Source: an uncultured Solirubrobacterales bacterium (GTDB lineage Bacteria; Actinomycetota; Thermoleophilia; Solirubrobacterales; 70-9). From it: a DNA stretch of 64,000 nt. The stretch is taken from the NCBI GenBank assembly GCA_963817945.1, contig CAWFQH010000005.1, positions 117,257 through 181,256 on the forward strand. The letters are read 5' to 3'. This document shows positions 38,780 to 47,661 of this stretch, piece by piece. Below the pieces are notes generated by a model. The model searched no databases and was not told the origin of the DNA. It was given only the letters and a program-made list of their open reading frames with translations. Each line of letters starts with the position of its first letter. Position 1 is the first letter of the stretch. The position numbers were made by a program, and so were the translations under genes.

Positions 38780-39508
38780 ATGGCAAAGCGCAGAAGCAAG
38801 AAGAAGCGCCAGGTGGTCAATCAGCAATTCATCAAAGCGCTCGCGCACGAGCTTCGAGTCGAAATCCTCGGCATCCTCACCGAACGGATGGCGAGCCCGA
38901 ACGAACTCGCCACGATGCTCGATGAAGGGCTGAGCCAGGTCAGCTACCACGTCAAAGTCCTCAAGGACTATGGGCTCATCACCCTCATCAAAACCGAGCC
39001 GCGCCGGGGTGCGGTCGAGCATTACTACCGCGCCACGGCCAGCACTCTGCTTCCGGCCCAGGAGTGGCGCGGAATTCACGGCGGGCTGCGGACGGCAGTC
39101 GGCGCGAGCCTGGCGAGCGAACTGTTCGACGGACTCGCGGACGCCGTAGAGGCGAACAAGCTGACGGAGGCGGACACCCACATCGGACGGATGCCTCTCG
39201 TCCTCGACGCAGAGGGATGGGAGAACGTCAGGGCAAACGCCGAGTGGTTCACGAAGGAAGTCGAAATAGAGCAGCGGGAGTCTGCGGCGCGGGTGGCAAA
39301 AGCCAACGGGAACGCGGGCGCCGTCAAGGGCTACACGGTCGGCGTCCTCGCCTTCGAGGACAGCCGCGACCTCTCGAAAGGCAAGGCAAAGCGAGCCAAG
39401 CAGTCCAAATCCGCGTCGGCGAACGGTAAGAAGGCGACGACTAAGAGCAACGGAGCGAGCAGGAGTCGCAAAGGCGGCAAACGGAAGGCCAAAGCCATTG
39501 GCAGGTAG
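38780..39508 (+). CDS. ArsR-like winged-helix protein with Lys/Arg-rich tail (paralogue of the preceding modules)
   Basis: ATG 38780. LAHELRVEILGILTERMASPNELATMLDEGLSQVSYHVKVLKDYGLI...HYYRA, C-terminal KGKAKRAKQSKS...RKGGKRKAKA. Confidence 0.7.
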   Translation: MAKRRSKKKRQVVNQQFIKALAHELRVEILGILTERMASPNELATMLDEGLSQVSYHVKVLKDYGLITLIKTEPRRGAVEHYYRATASTLLPAQEWRGIHGGLRTAVGASLASELFDGLADAVEANKLTEADTHIGRMPLVLDAEGWENVRANAEWFTKEVEIEQRESAARVAKANGNAGAVKGYTVGVLAFEDSRDLSKGKAKRAKQSKSASANGKKATTKSNGASRSRKGGKRKAKAIGR

Positions 39509-39836
39509 CGCCCAGCGGTCGAGTCCGAGCGCCCAAGGTCAGGACGTGTCCACGCCGGCCCAATACAACGTGGCGACCGTTGAAGCCTTGATCCTCGAAC
39601 TCGCCGCCAAACCCCACCCTCGACCTGTGACGGCGGAGGAGCTAGCGAGGGAGGTGATCTGCGACCCCGACGACGAGCGCGAGAAGGCGACGTTCGAGCA
39701 TGCAATCCGCCGCTTGCGTGAGGTTGGTCTGTTCGATGACGGGGACGACAAGATCGTGGAGCCGACACCAGCAGGGTTGCGCGCCGTCGCTGTTCTCAAC
39801 CCGCCCGCCACCGCCCGGACCTACCCGCAGAACTAG
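39498..39836 (+). CDS. hypothetical protein, probable small winged-helix protein
   Basis: VEALILELAAKPHPRPVTAEELAREV...AIRRLREVGLFDD. The pattern resembles ORF 41013..41333 in the adjacent element. The start is uncertain. Confidence 0.4.
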   Translation: MAGSAQRSSPSAQGQDVSTPAQYNVATVEALILELAAKPHPRPVTAEELAREVICDPDDEREKATFEHAIRRLREVGLFDDGDDKIVEPTPAGLRAVAVLNPPATARTYPQN

Positions 39837-39933
39837 CACCGCGGGGCGAGCAGTCAAGGGCGCTTGCGCCCGACCCCCGCAGGGGGTTGACGGCCGCCCG
39901 AGCGGTGCTTCAAGCACCGGTAGGTCGGGGTGC

Positions 39934-40200
39934 TCACCGGCCGATGCTGAGTCCCCGATCGATGCTGCGCGCCCTCGATGCGAACTGCCCGATGCCCAGG
40001 ATGCGCTGCGCTTCCTGCAACCGCTGCCGAGCTAGCTGTTGGCGCAGGCTTGTCCCGTCTCTGCACCTCGTGGCCGAGCGCTTTCTTCGGGTCACGATTC
40101 TGTTCCGCGGGCGAAAGGCCTCGATGTCGGCGACCGTGCGGTCCCATGCCTTCCCCTTTGCCGGGTCGCTTGGCCTCTCCCCAGCCTCTGTGAGCCCGCA
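39934..40200 (-). pseudogene. 3' fragment of a TrwC-type relaxase gene
   Basis: ...GERPSDPAKGKAWDRTVADIEAFR...LQEAQRILGIGQFASRARSIDRGLSIGR* parallels the last ~85 codons of the intact relaxase. The nucleotide repeat 39813-40184 matches 42711-43088. Confidence 0.75.
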
Positions 40201-40250
40201 ATCCGTGCCTAGAAGCCAAGCGCGAACTTGGCGTCCTCGGACATCATCTC
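40195..40250. repeat. att copy B (junction between the two elements)
   Basis: cccgcaatccgtgcctagaagccaagcgcgaacttggcgtcctcggacatcatctc; 54 of 56 nt identical to 49188-49243. Confidence 0.85.
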
Positions 40251-40300
40251 GCGGAAGGCTGAGCGCAACGGCCCTGCAAATCTGCAACTTCTGCTCGCCA

Positions 40301-40320
40301 TGGGGACAGCGGTGGGGACG
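40301..40320. repeat. TGGGGACAG-type direct repeats (candidate integrase arm sites), left arm of the intact element
   Basis: tggggacagcggtggggacg; 19 of 20 nt match to 49129-49148. Confidence 0.45.
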
Positions 40321-40321
40321 C

Positions 40322-40888
40322 TCACTGCAATTGAACTTGGATTTTGAGGCTGTCGTCTGGCTTCTGGGTGATCACCGAAACGAGATAGCGGGGATGGAGT
40401 GGCGGGTGCTGGATGACCACGCCACCGTTCTGAGTTATCTCGCTCATGCTCTGCGCATTGATCGAGGCGGGCACGTCCGGCCGCACAGCGATCTCTCGCA
40501 CAGAGGTCCCCTCTACCGCCGCGGCAAACTCTCCCGCGGCGTACTGATCGATGAGATCAACCGCCACAACAGTCTCAAATCCCTCGTCGGTCGGTACGTC
40601 ACGGGAAAGCATGTGCGCATTGAGGGACGGCTGTGGGGCCACAATGTTGAGCTGCCCGACATTCGTGCCTCCCGACTGCCCATGCGTCGTGATATTGATC
40701 GACTTGTCGTCTGCCACCGCATCGCTCCCTCTAGTAGCTCGAACCTTCCAGGCCAGCCCAAGGAAAGCAAAACCGCCGATGCTCAGCACCCAGCCCAAAG
40801 CCCCCCACAGGCCGGTCCCTGGCATGGCAATCAGCGTAATTCCCGCGCTCTCGCAGGCTAGAAATATCCCGATGTATCCCCAAAACAT
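40322..40888 (-). CDS. membrane protein, function unknown
   Basis: 188 aa with two N-terminal TM segments, then a soluble domain. No family recognised. Confidence 0.5.
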   Translation of the reverse strand: MFWGYIGIFLACESAGITLIAMPGTGLWGALGWVLSIGGFAFLGLAWKVRATRGSDAVADDKSINITTHGQSGGTNVGQLNIVAPQPSLNAHMLSRDVPTDEGFETVVAVDLIDQYAAGEFAAAVEGTSVREIAVRPDVPASINAQSMSEITQNGGVVIQHPPLHPRYLVSVITQKPDDSLKIQVQLQ

Positions 40889-40917
40889 CGGGCGAGCGTA
40901 ACCCCCTCAGGTCAAGG

Positions 40918-41012
40918 CAGCGGTTTCTCGGAGGCCGAGGCAGGACGGGGGTGCCCTGACCTTGCGGCACCCCCTCCTCCCTGCGAGAGCCCCGGCCTCC
41001 GAGAAACCGCTG
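40918..41012. repeat. nested long inverted repeat (20-bp perfect outer arms, 9-bp inner stem)
   Basis: cagcggtttctcggaggccg ... cggcctccgagaaaccgctg, with inner gggggtgcc / ggcaccccc. Confidence 0.6.
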
Positions 41013-41333
41013 TCATCGTGCCATCCATCCATTCCATCCGCTCAGCCGCATGACGTGAAGCGCGGGACGACTTGGCAGGACGAGGTGGCCGTTGCTGTGC
41101 AGCAAGCCGGCCTCGACCAGATCGCGAACGGCGCGGGCGAGTGCCATCCCGCCAACCAGATCGGCCGGGTTCTCGAACAGCTCGCAAGCCAGCGCCGGGA
41201 AGGTCAGCAGCACCGGGTATTCGCGCAGGATCATTGCGAGGACGACCCGCTGCATTTCGCGATCCGTGGTGAAGGTCAACGATGGAGCGCGGCGTTGCCG
41301 GCGACGCCATGCGCCGGCCCCGCTTCGCCACAT
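41013..41333 (-). CDS. hypothetical protein, probable winged-helix
   Basis: ATG overlaps the upstream stop (TGATG). VLAMILREYPVLLTFPALACEL...AVRDLVEAGLLHSNG. Confidence 0.45.
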   Translation of the reverse strand: MWRSGAGAWRRRQRRAPSLTFTTDREMQRVVLAMILREYPVLLTFPALACELFENPADLVGGMALARAVRDLVEAGLLHSNGHLVLPSRPALHVMRLSGWNGWMAR

Positions 41334-41686
41334 CAAGCCCGTGCCTCCCGGAGGTGATCCAGCAAGCTCTTGAGAGCGTCGTGGCTGGCGGCCACCTCTG
41401 CGTAGTTGCCCTCCCGGTCATGCGTTTCGGCGGCGGCTTCGATGCAGGTTCGCGCCGTCTCGTCAGGGAGGACGATGTGTCCCGTCGCTAGGCCGACCAG
41501 CATCCGCTCGTATGCTTGGGCCTCTTGGCGCACTGCCTCGGGACTCTCCAGTCGGTCGGGGTCCTCCAGGTCTTGCCGAATCCCCAATAGCCAACTCCGA
41601 AGCCGGTCACGCAGGATCGAAATGTGATCGAGGGGAAGGTCGAGAGACACCAACCGCTCGCCGCCCGTAGGGTTCTCTTCAGCCAT
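41333..41686 (-). CDS. hypothetical protein
   Basis: 117 aa helical acidic protein, translationally coupled to the next gene. Confidence 0.45.
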   Translation of the reverse strand: MAEENPTGGERLVSLDLPLDHISILRDRLRSWLLGIRQDLEDPDRLESPEAVRQEAQAYERMLVGLATGHIVLPDETARTCIEAAAETHDREGNYAEVAASHDALKSLLDHLREARA

Positions 41687-41771
41687 GAGGAGCCACGTCT
41701 CCTTGTGGTCAGGCGGCCCGTCGTGTTACCCCACGGCGGGTCGCCGCTTATGTCTTGGCAGTCAGCCTAGC

Positions 41772-41801
41772 ATGTTTGTGGGGTACATACCCCACAAACA
41801 T
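41772..41801. promoter_or_regulatory. 30-bp perfect palindrome (operator or nick-region candidate)
   Basis: atgtttgtggggta-ca-taccccacaaacat, in an AT-richer gap between the small HTH gene and the 41686 operon. Confidence 0.5.
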
Positions 41802-42022
41802 CAATCACCGCGGATGATTTCCGCGACGTGGCTGAAGTTGAGACCAGCCTCATCGGCGATTTCGCGGACGGTTAGACCGTCCTTCTGCGCCTGCGCGAAT
41901 CGCTCGCGGCGGGCGGCGCGTGCCTTCGCGCGTTCGCGTTGAACACGTTCTTGGGCGCGTTCAAACTCAGCCTGAGCGTGGCGCACGTCGGTTCGCGCCT
42001 TCTGCTTCGGGTCGCTCGGCAT
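41801..42022 (-). CDS. small helical protein with C-terminal HTH
   Basis: 73 aa; the Arg/Glu/Ala helix is followed by DGLTVREIADEAGLNFSHVAEIIRGD. Confidence 0.5.
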   Translation of the reverse strand: MPSDPKQKARTDVRHAQAEFERAQERVQRERAKARAARRERFAQAQKDGLTVREIADEAGLNFSHVAEIIRGD

Positions 42023-42063
42023 CTACGCAGACTATTCGCCGAGCCCAGGGGTACGTTTCGTCG

Positions 42064-42357
42064 ATGACCGATCCGTTCATCCGCCCGCTCTCTGACGACG
42101 CGCGCATTCTGATCGAGTTCGAGGGCCGCCCACTGGAGCGCTACGCGATCATGCTCCAGCTACGGATCGAGGATTACTGGCAGACGATTCGCCTCTTCGA
42201 CAATGCCCACGGAGACCACGATATGCACCGCTACACTGGAAGCGAGAAGCAGCCTGCGGAGCGGTTTGCCGAGGGGGCTGTCAACGAGATCGCACCTCAA
42301 GCAATCGATTTTCTGATCGACCACTGGAAAGCAATCGCGGACTCATGGAGAGGCTAG
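42064..42357 (+). CDS. hypothetical protein
   Basis: ATG 42064 within ORF 41920..42357. ...RLFDNAHGDHDMHRY... His-rich motif. No secure family assignment. Confidence 0.45.
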   Translation: MTDPFIRPLSDDARILIEFEGRPLERYAIMLQLRIEDYWQTIRLFDNAHGDHDMHRYTGSEKQPAERFAEGAVNEIAPQAIDFLIDHWKAIADSWRG

Positions 42358-42695
42358 AGCGCAGCAAGTTCACCCGAGCTGGCGAAATCGCCAACGAGCG
42401 ATTGGTCGAGGCTGTGCTCGAACCTGATCGCTATCCCGAGGGAACCACCTTCATCGCTGCCGATCAAGAGAGCTTCGGCGCGATACTCGCCGAGGCCGTG
42501 GCAGAGCATCGGCCGGTCGCAATCGTCTACTCCGATGGCCGCGAGATCGTTGCCGCGCCCCGAGGTGGCGCACTCGCCTTCTTCGAGCATCTGCTGACCC
42601 GCCGACGCGAGCCCATGCACGGCACTCCGGCCGTGCCGCTGCCCGCCGACTATCAGGTCGAGATCAGGGACCCCGAGGCGCTTGCCGCCGCCTGA
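42345..42695 (+). CDS. hypothetical protein
   Basis: 116 aa. Overlaps the preceding ORF by 13 nt, so the two may form a two-gene module. Confidence 0.45.
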   Translation: MERLERSKFTRAGEIANERLVEAVLEPDRYPEGTTFIAADQESFGAILAEAVAEHRPVAIVYSDGREIVAAPRGGALAFFEHLLTRRREPMHGTPAVPLPADYQVEIRDPEALAAA

Positions 42696-42832
42696 TCGCT
42701 GCGCTTCCTCGCCCGACCTACCCGCAGAACTAGCATCGCGAGGGCGGCAGTCAAGGGCGCTTTTGCGCCCGACCCCCGCAGGGGGTTGACGGCCGCCCGA
42801 GCGGTGCTTCAATCGCCGGTAGGTCGGGGGCC

Positions 42833-45800
42833 TTACCGGCCGATGCTGAGTCCCCTATCGATGCTGCGCCCTCTCGACGCGAACTGCCCGATGCCCAGGA
42901 TGCGCTGTGCTTCCCGCAACCGAAGCTGGGTTAGCTGCTGGCGCTGGCGCTCGGCGCTCCTCTGCACCTCGCGGCCGAGCGCTTTCTTCGGGTCGCTGAT
43001 TCCATTCCGAAGGCGAAAGCCCTCAATGTCGCCGACCGCGCGATCCCATGCCTTCCCTTTCGCTGGATCGCTTGGCCTCTCCCCCAGCTCGTTCTTGATG
43101 TAGGCAGGTGGCGAGACGCGGGCGGCCGTGGCCGCTAGCCGCTCTCGCTCAGAGAGGACCTGATCGGCAACGGCGAACTCTCGCCGGGCGGCGTCACCAG
43201 GGGGCGGGATTTGGGCAAGCTCGGCCTGAAGGGGCTGAAGGTGGGCGTCGGCGCGCGCCTCCATCTCCTCGGCTCCTGCCAACTCCTGACGGCGAAGCTG
43301 CCGCAGGCGGAAGGGCATCGCCTCCGCCGCCTCTCGGCGCACCTGAGCGCGATCAAAGTGCTCGTGGACCCGTTCGATCTGATCCTTGAGCGCGGCATGG
43401 CGCTCCTCGCCGCCCCGCTCTCGATCTGCTGCCCTCTCAAGCTCCGTGTGCCTGGCGACCAGCTCCTCGGTCGGCAGGCCGGCGAACTGCGAGCGCAGCG
43501 CCGCGTCGTGGGCAGCGAGCTGCGCGCGGTCGCGCTCGGCGGCTTCGGCGATATGCGGGATGCCCTCCCGCAGGTGTGGAGATTCCGGTGCGATCTCCTC
43601 GCGGTGGGTCTGAATCTCGGGCGTGGCGTAGATGAACGTCTCCTCGCGGCTGCGCGAGGCGGCGACGTAAAGCTCCTGCTTGTCCATCGAGGGGTCGGCG
43701 GCGACGAAGGCTCGATCAACGGTCGTGCCCTGCGCTGAGTAGGTCGTCACCGCGTAGGCGTGTTCGAGCGCGGGAGCGTCGGAATGCGGGTTGGTCTGGG
43801 CGAGGTAGTCGGCTCCGACTTTGACCGCCTTGGCCTGGTCGATGCCTTCGAGGACGACACGGCGCTCGGCGGCGTCGACCTCGGCGATGCGCCAGCGCTC
43901 GCGGTTGAAGACCTCGGCCTCTCGGTCGTTGACGCGGGTGATGACGAGATCGCCGGCGGCGAAGCGGGCCTCCCCCACCTCGATCTCTTGCGTTCCGAGC
44001 GCATCGGACTGGCGTCGGACCTCCCGCGCGATCTCATTGAGCCGCCTGACCTCGGCGTTCTGTTTGGCGATCATCACGGCGTCCTCGCCTCGCTCGAAGG
44101 ACTCGTGCCAGTCACGGACCATCGCCACGCGGCGCTCCTCGGCGTTCGGGGCGACCGTGACGCGCTCCTGTGAGCGGTAGAGGCTCAGCGCGTCGCGGCC
44201 CTCGCCATCCCTGATCCGCTTCGCCGCATCGCGGTCGAGCTCGTGACGGTGGCGGATCACCTCGTCAAGGTGGATCGGGTCGGTGCGTTCGGCGAGCGCC
44301 CGGAACAGCCCGCCCGCCTCGATCTCGCCAAGCTGCTCGGGATCGCCGACGAGGACGAGCTTTGCTCCGGCCGCCTCGGCGTGGGAGACGAGCCGCGCCA
44401 GGGTGGCCGAGTCCACCATCCCGGCCTCGTCGATCAGGAGGACCGATTCGTGCGGCAAGCCCTCGCCGCTTTCGTGCTCGGCGCGGTCGAGCCGCAGGAG
44501 CAAGCTGGCGACCGTCGTAGCGGGCAGCCCGTCCGACTGCATGACCTGCGCCGCTCGCCAGGTCGGCGCTGCCGCGCGCAGCTCGATCCCGGCCTGCGCC
44601 CAGCCCTCGGCTGCGGCGACGATGGCGAAGGTCTTGCCGCTGCCCGCCTCGCCGATCACCACGGCGACTCCCTCGGGGCTCGTCAGGAGGCGACGGATCA
44701 TCTCGCGCTGGTCGTCCTTCAAGGTCGGGCGAGCGCCGATCACGCGCGCCGCGATCAGCTCCCCCGCTGGCGTCGGTCCCTGCGCTCGCATCCCCCCGGC
44801 GGCGGCCAGCGCCTCGCGCTCAAGCTCCCAGATGCGCCGGGTCGTATAGCGGGGGCCTTTGGCCGTCTCCGCGATCTGGATCACGGAACCGGAGGCGAGG
44901 AAGGCGTCGGCCAGCCGCTCGACCTCTGCGCCGGGTGCGCCCTGAGGCAGCGAGTCGGCGACGGCCTGGATTGCCTCGCGGCGGTCGAAGTGGGATGCCG
45001 ATGCCGTGACGGCACAGCCAAGCTGAACCTCCGAAACAGTCGGGGCCTCGGCGCTGCCGATCTTCAGCGCCGCCTCTCCGTCGAAGGTGCGCGCGATCGT
45101 CTCGCGGTCCAAGCCGATCTCCTCTGCCTTCGATCGCCACCGCGCCAGCAGCTCGCCGTGCCCGACGTCGCGCTCCTTCGGCTGTCGCGTCGTCAGCGCC
45201 GCAACCTGCATCGAGCGGGCCGAGGCGTCTGCGCCCGTCGCCTCGAGTATCTGTTGGCGGCGGGTCGAGAAGGCCCGTAGGTGCTCGTCGGCGAAGCCTG
45301 CGATCTCGGCGATGCCTTTGCGGGTCGGCTGCCACTCGACACCGAGACGGCGGGTCAGCTCGTGGCGAAGGTGCGCCTCGTAGATGTAGCTGGCGGTCTT
45401 GGCGTGGTCGTAGATCGCGGGGTGGTAGAGGCGCGTCCAGCGGCCGTCCGGTCCCTTCGTCGCGTTGGCGACGAGGACGTGGGTGTGGAGCTGCGGATCG
45501 CCCGCGCGGGAGGAGCGGTGGAGGTAGCCGGCCGCCAGGTAGCCGTTGCCGTGGACGAACTCCGAGCCGCCCGCTCCCCTGCGGGTCCAGCACGCCTCGC
45601 GCTGCATGTAGTCGAGCGCAGCTCCTACCGCTTCGCGGTGGGCGGCTTTGACCTCGACGGCGGCGGCGGGCCCGCCCAAGCCCCAGAGCAGAGAGACGGA
45701 CTTGGGAGCCGAGAAGGTGAGATCGAAGCCGGGGACCGATCCGCTCGACGGGACGCCGCGCATCCCGACCAGCGGCTCGCCGTCGACTGGGTTGCGGCCC

Positions 45801-45982
45801 GTGAGCATCGCTTCGAGCTGCGCCGCCTCGACCTCGCCGGAGAGGCCCAGGTCTTTGGCGGCGTCGCCGAGCCATTCCCCGGCGACCTCGCCCTCGCCGG
45901 AGTAGTAGTCCTCAGCGCCTTCGGCGACCTTTTCAAGGTAGTAGCGCTCCTGTCCTATGCCGAGCTTGCCGATTGAGAGCAT
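42833..45982 (-). CDS. MOBF-type relaxase (TrwC/TraI) fused to a RecD-like helicase
   Basis: N-terminal MLSIGKLG...YY, FDLTFSAPKSVS, GDPQLHTHVLVANATKG (His triad). Helicase Walker A VIGEAGSGKT, LLIDEAGMV, TTYSAQGTT. Confidence 0.9.
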   Translation of the reverse strand: MLSIGKLGIGQERYYLEKVAEGAEDYYSGEGEVAGEWLGDAAKDLGLSGEVEAAQLEAMLTGRNPVDGEPLVGMRGVPSSGSVPGFDLTFSAPKSVSLLWGLGGPAAAVEVKAAHREAVGAALDYMQREACWTRRGAGGSEFVHGNGYLAAGYLHRSSRAGDPQLHTHVLVANATKGPDGRWTRLYHPAIYDHAKTASYIYEAHLRHELTRRLGVEWQPTRKGIAEIAGFADEHLRAFSTRRQQILEATGADASARSMQVAALTTRQPKERDVGHGELLARWRSKAEEIGLDRETIARTFDGEAALKIGSAEAPTVSEVQLGCAVTASASHFDRREAIQAVADSLPQGAPGAEVERLADAFLASGSVIQIAETAKGPRYTTRRIWELEREALAAAGGMRAQGPTPAGELIAARVIGARPTLKDDQREMIRRLLTSPEGVAVVIGEAGSGKTFAIVAAAEGWAQAGIELRAAAPTWRAAQVMQSDGLPATTVASLLLRLDRAEHESGEGLPHESVLLIDEAGMVDSATLARLVSHAEAAGAKLVLVGDPEQLGEIEAGGLFRALAERTDPIHLDEVIRHRHELDRDAAKRIRDGEGRDALSLYRSQERVTVAPNAEERRVAMVRDWHESFERGEDAVMIAKQNAEVRRLNEIAREVRRQSDALGTQEIEVGEARFAAGDLVITRVNDREAEVFNRERWRIAEVDAAERRVVLEGIDQAKAVKVGADYLAQTNPHSDAPALEHAYAVTTYSAQGTTVDRAFVAADPSMDKQELYVAASRSREETFIYATPEIQTHREEIAPESPHLREGIPHIAEAAERDRAQLAAHDAALRSQFAGLPTEELVARHTELERAADRERGGEERHAALKDQIERVHEHFDRAQVRREAAEAMPFRLRQLRRQELAGAEEMEARADAHLQPLQAELAQIPPPGDAARREFAVADQVLSERERLAATAARVSPPAYIKNELGERPSDPAKGKAWDRAVGDIEGFRLRNGISDPKKALGREVQRSAERQRQQLTQLRLREAQRILGIGQFASRGRSIDRGLSIGR

Positions 45983-46105
45983 CCACGGGGTATGTCCGTG
46001 GAGAGGACCGGCGCGAATCCCCGGGGGCGCTCGCGAAAGTTTTCGGACGTATCCGATGCAAGCGGCCGATGCAAACGACTTCCTCGGTGGACAACAGGAC
46101 TAGAA

Positions 46106-46393
46106 ATGCCAAACCGCCCTTCACCCCCTCGCCTCGGCCTGACCATCGAGGAGGCTGCCGAAGCCGTCGGCATGAGCGAGTCGTCGTTCAAGCGCCACGT
46201 CCAGCCGGAGCTTCGGATCGTCCGTCGCGGAAGCCTGCGGATCATCCCCATCCCGGAGATCGAGAGATGGCTCGAAAGCAGCGCCACGCTAGCTGGAGCG
46301 GTTAGAGCAGCGTCTAGAATGACGCAGACAAAAAAGCGCCCCCGCGCCGTAGGAGCGGCCGGGGGCATGGCCCATAGAGAGGAAGCTCCATGA
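46106..46393 (+). CDS. xis: excisionase/MerR-superfamily HTH DNA-binding protein
   Basis: ATG 46106. LTIEEAAEAVGMSESSFKRHV...LRIIPIPEIERWL. Its stop overlaps the integrase ATG. Confidence 0.7.
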   Translation: MPNRPSPPRLGLTIEEAAEAVGMSESSFKRHVQPELRIVRRGSLRIIPIPEIERWLESSATLAGAVRAASRMTQTKKRPRAVGAAGGMAHREEAP

Positions 46394-47532
46394 GCAGCAA
46401 GAAGCGTAGTCCGGCCCTTCAAGGGATCGAAGTCCGAACGGACGCGAAGGGTCAGAAACGATACAGGGGGACCGTCAGCGACAAGATCGCGGGCAGGCAT
46501 CTGCGGGGACCGTGGACCGGATCGCTGGCCGAGGCACGGTCCTGGCGCGTGGACGCGCAAGCGCGCCTACAGGCAGGGACCCTCTCGGCCGCTACCGGGC
46601 CGACCGTCACCGAGGCAGCAGAGCAGTTCATCGCGGATATGCAGTCGGACACGCTCCGGCAGAAGGGCGGGCACCTCTACAAGCCGAGCACCGTCCAGGG
46701 ATACGAGCGCGATCTGACCAAGTACGCCCTGCCAGAGCTGGGGTCGAAGCGGATTAGCCGTCTACAGCGCCCCGAGCTTCAACGCTGGGTCGATGGGCTG
46801 ACGACGCCGGAGAGATCGCCGTCCACGATCAGGAACATCGTCGCCGCGCTGCGGGCCTTGATCGGCTTCGCGGAACTGCGCGGGTGGGTCCATGTGAATC
46901 CCTGCAACGGACTTCGACTTCCGGCAGGGCAGAAGGCGCGGGACCGAATTGCCTCCCCTCCCGAAGCGGAAAAGCTGATCGCAGCGATGCGTCCCAAGGA
47001 CCGGGCGACGCTTGGCCTCGCCGTCTACGCCGGTCTACGACTCGGCGAGCTGCTTGCGCTCGACGTTGCCGCCGTCGATCCTGATGGCGGCTGGATTCAC
47101 GTTCACCGGAGCTGGGATCGCGGGACCAAGCAGTTCATCCCAACGAAGTCCCGCAAGCCGCGCAGCGTGCCGATCATCGACAAGCTCGCCGTCCTCCTAA
47201 CCGACCATTTCGTCCTGCTCGATCACCCGAGCAACGGATTGCTCTTTCCAAGTTCAAACAACCCCGAGTGGCCGACCGACCCCGGCATCCTGCGCCGCCG
47301 CATACACGCGCGCTGGAAGAAGGCGGGCCTGAAACCGCTCGGCTTCCACGAGGGCCGTCACACCTACGCCAGCATCGGGATCGCCGCCGGGCTGAACCCC
47401 AAGACCCTGAGCACCTACCTCGGCCACGCGACGATCACGATCACCCTCGACCGCTACGGCCACCTGATGCCGGGCAGCGAGGTTGAAGCGCGGGCAATGT
47501 TGGATCGCTACCTCGATAGCTCAGTCTCCTAG
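46390..47532 (+). CDS. int: tyrosine-type site-specific integrase
   Basis: ...GLRLGELLAL...HEGRHTYAS...LGHATITITLDRYGHLM (R..H-x-x-R..Y catalytic residues). Confidence 0.92.
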   Translation: MSSKKRSPALQGIEVRTDAKGQKRYRGTVSDKIAGRHLRGPWTGSLAEARSWRVDAQARLQAGTLSAATGPTVTEAAEQFIADMQSDTLRQKGGHLYKPSTVQGYERDLTKYALPELGSKRISRLQRPELQRWVDGLTTPERSPSTIRNIVAALRALIGFAELRGWVHVNPCNGLRLPAGQKARDRIASPPEAEKLIAAMRPKDRATLGLAVYAGLRLGELLALDVAAVDPDGGWIHVHRSWDRGTKQFIPTKSRKPRSVPIIDKLAVLLTDHFVLLDHPSNGLLFPSSNNPEWPTDPGILRRRIHARWKKAGLKPLGFHEGRHTYASIGIAAGLNPKTLSTYLGHATITITLDRYGHLMPGSEVEARAMLDRYLDSSVS

Positions 47533-47661
47533 TTCAACCCTCTGCGTATGGCCTACGCGGGCTTGAAACTGCCCTCCAAGGGAGACAGCCTGCGCGTCTA
47601 GATATCGCCGGAGCGCTGCAACGATAGGATCGGCCGTCGGGCACCGAGGCACGACGAAAAC

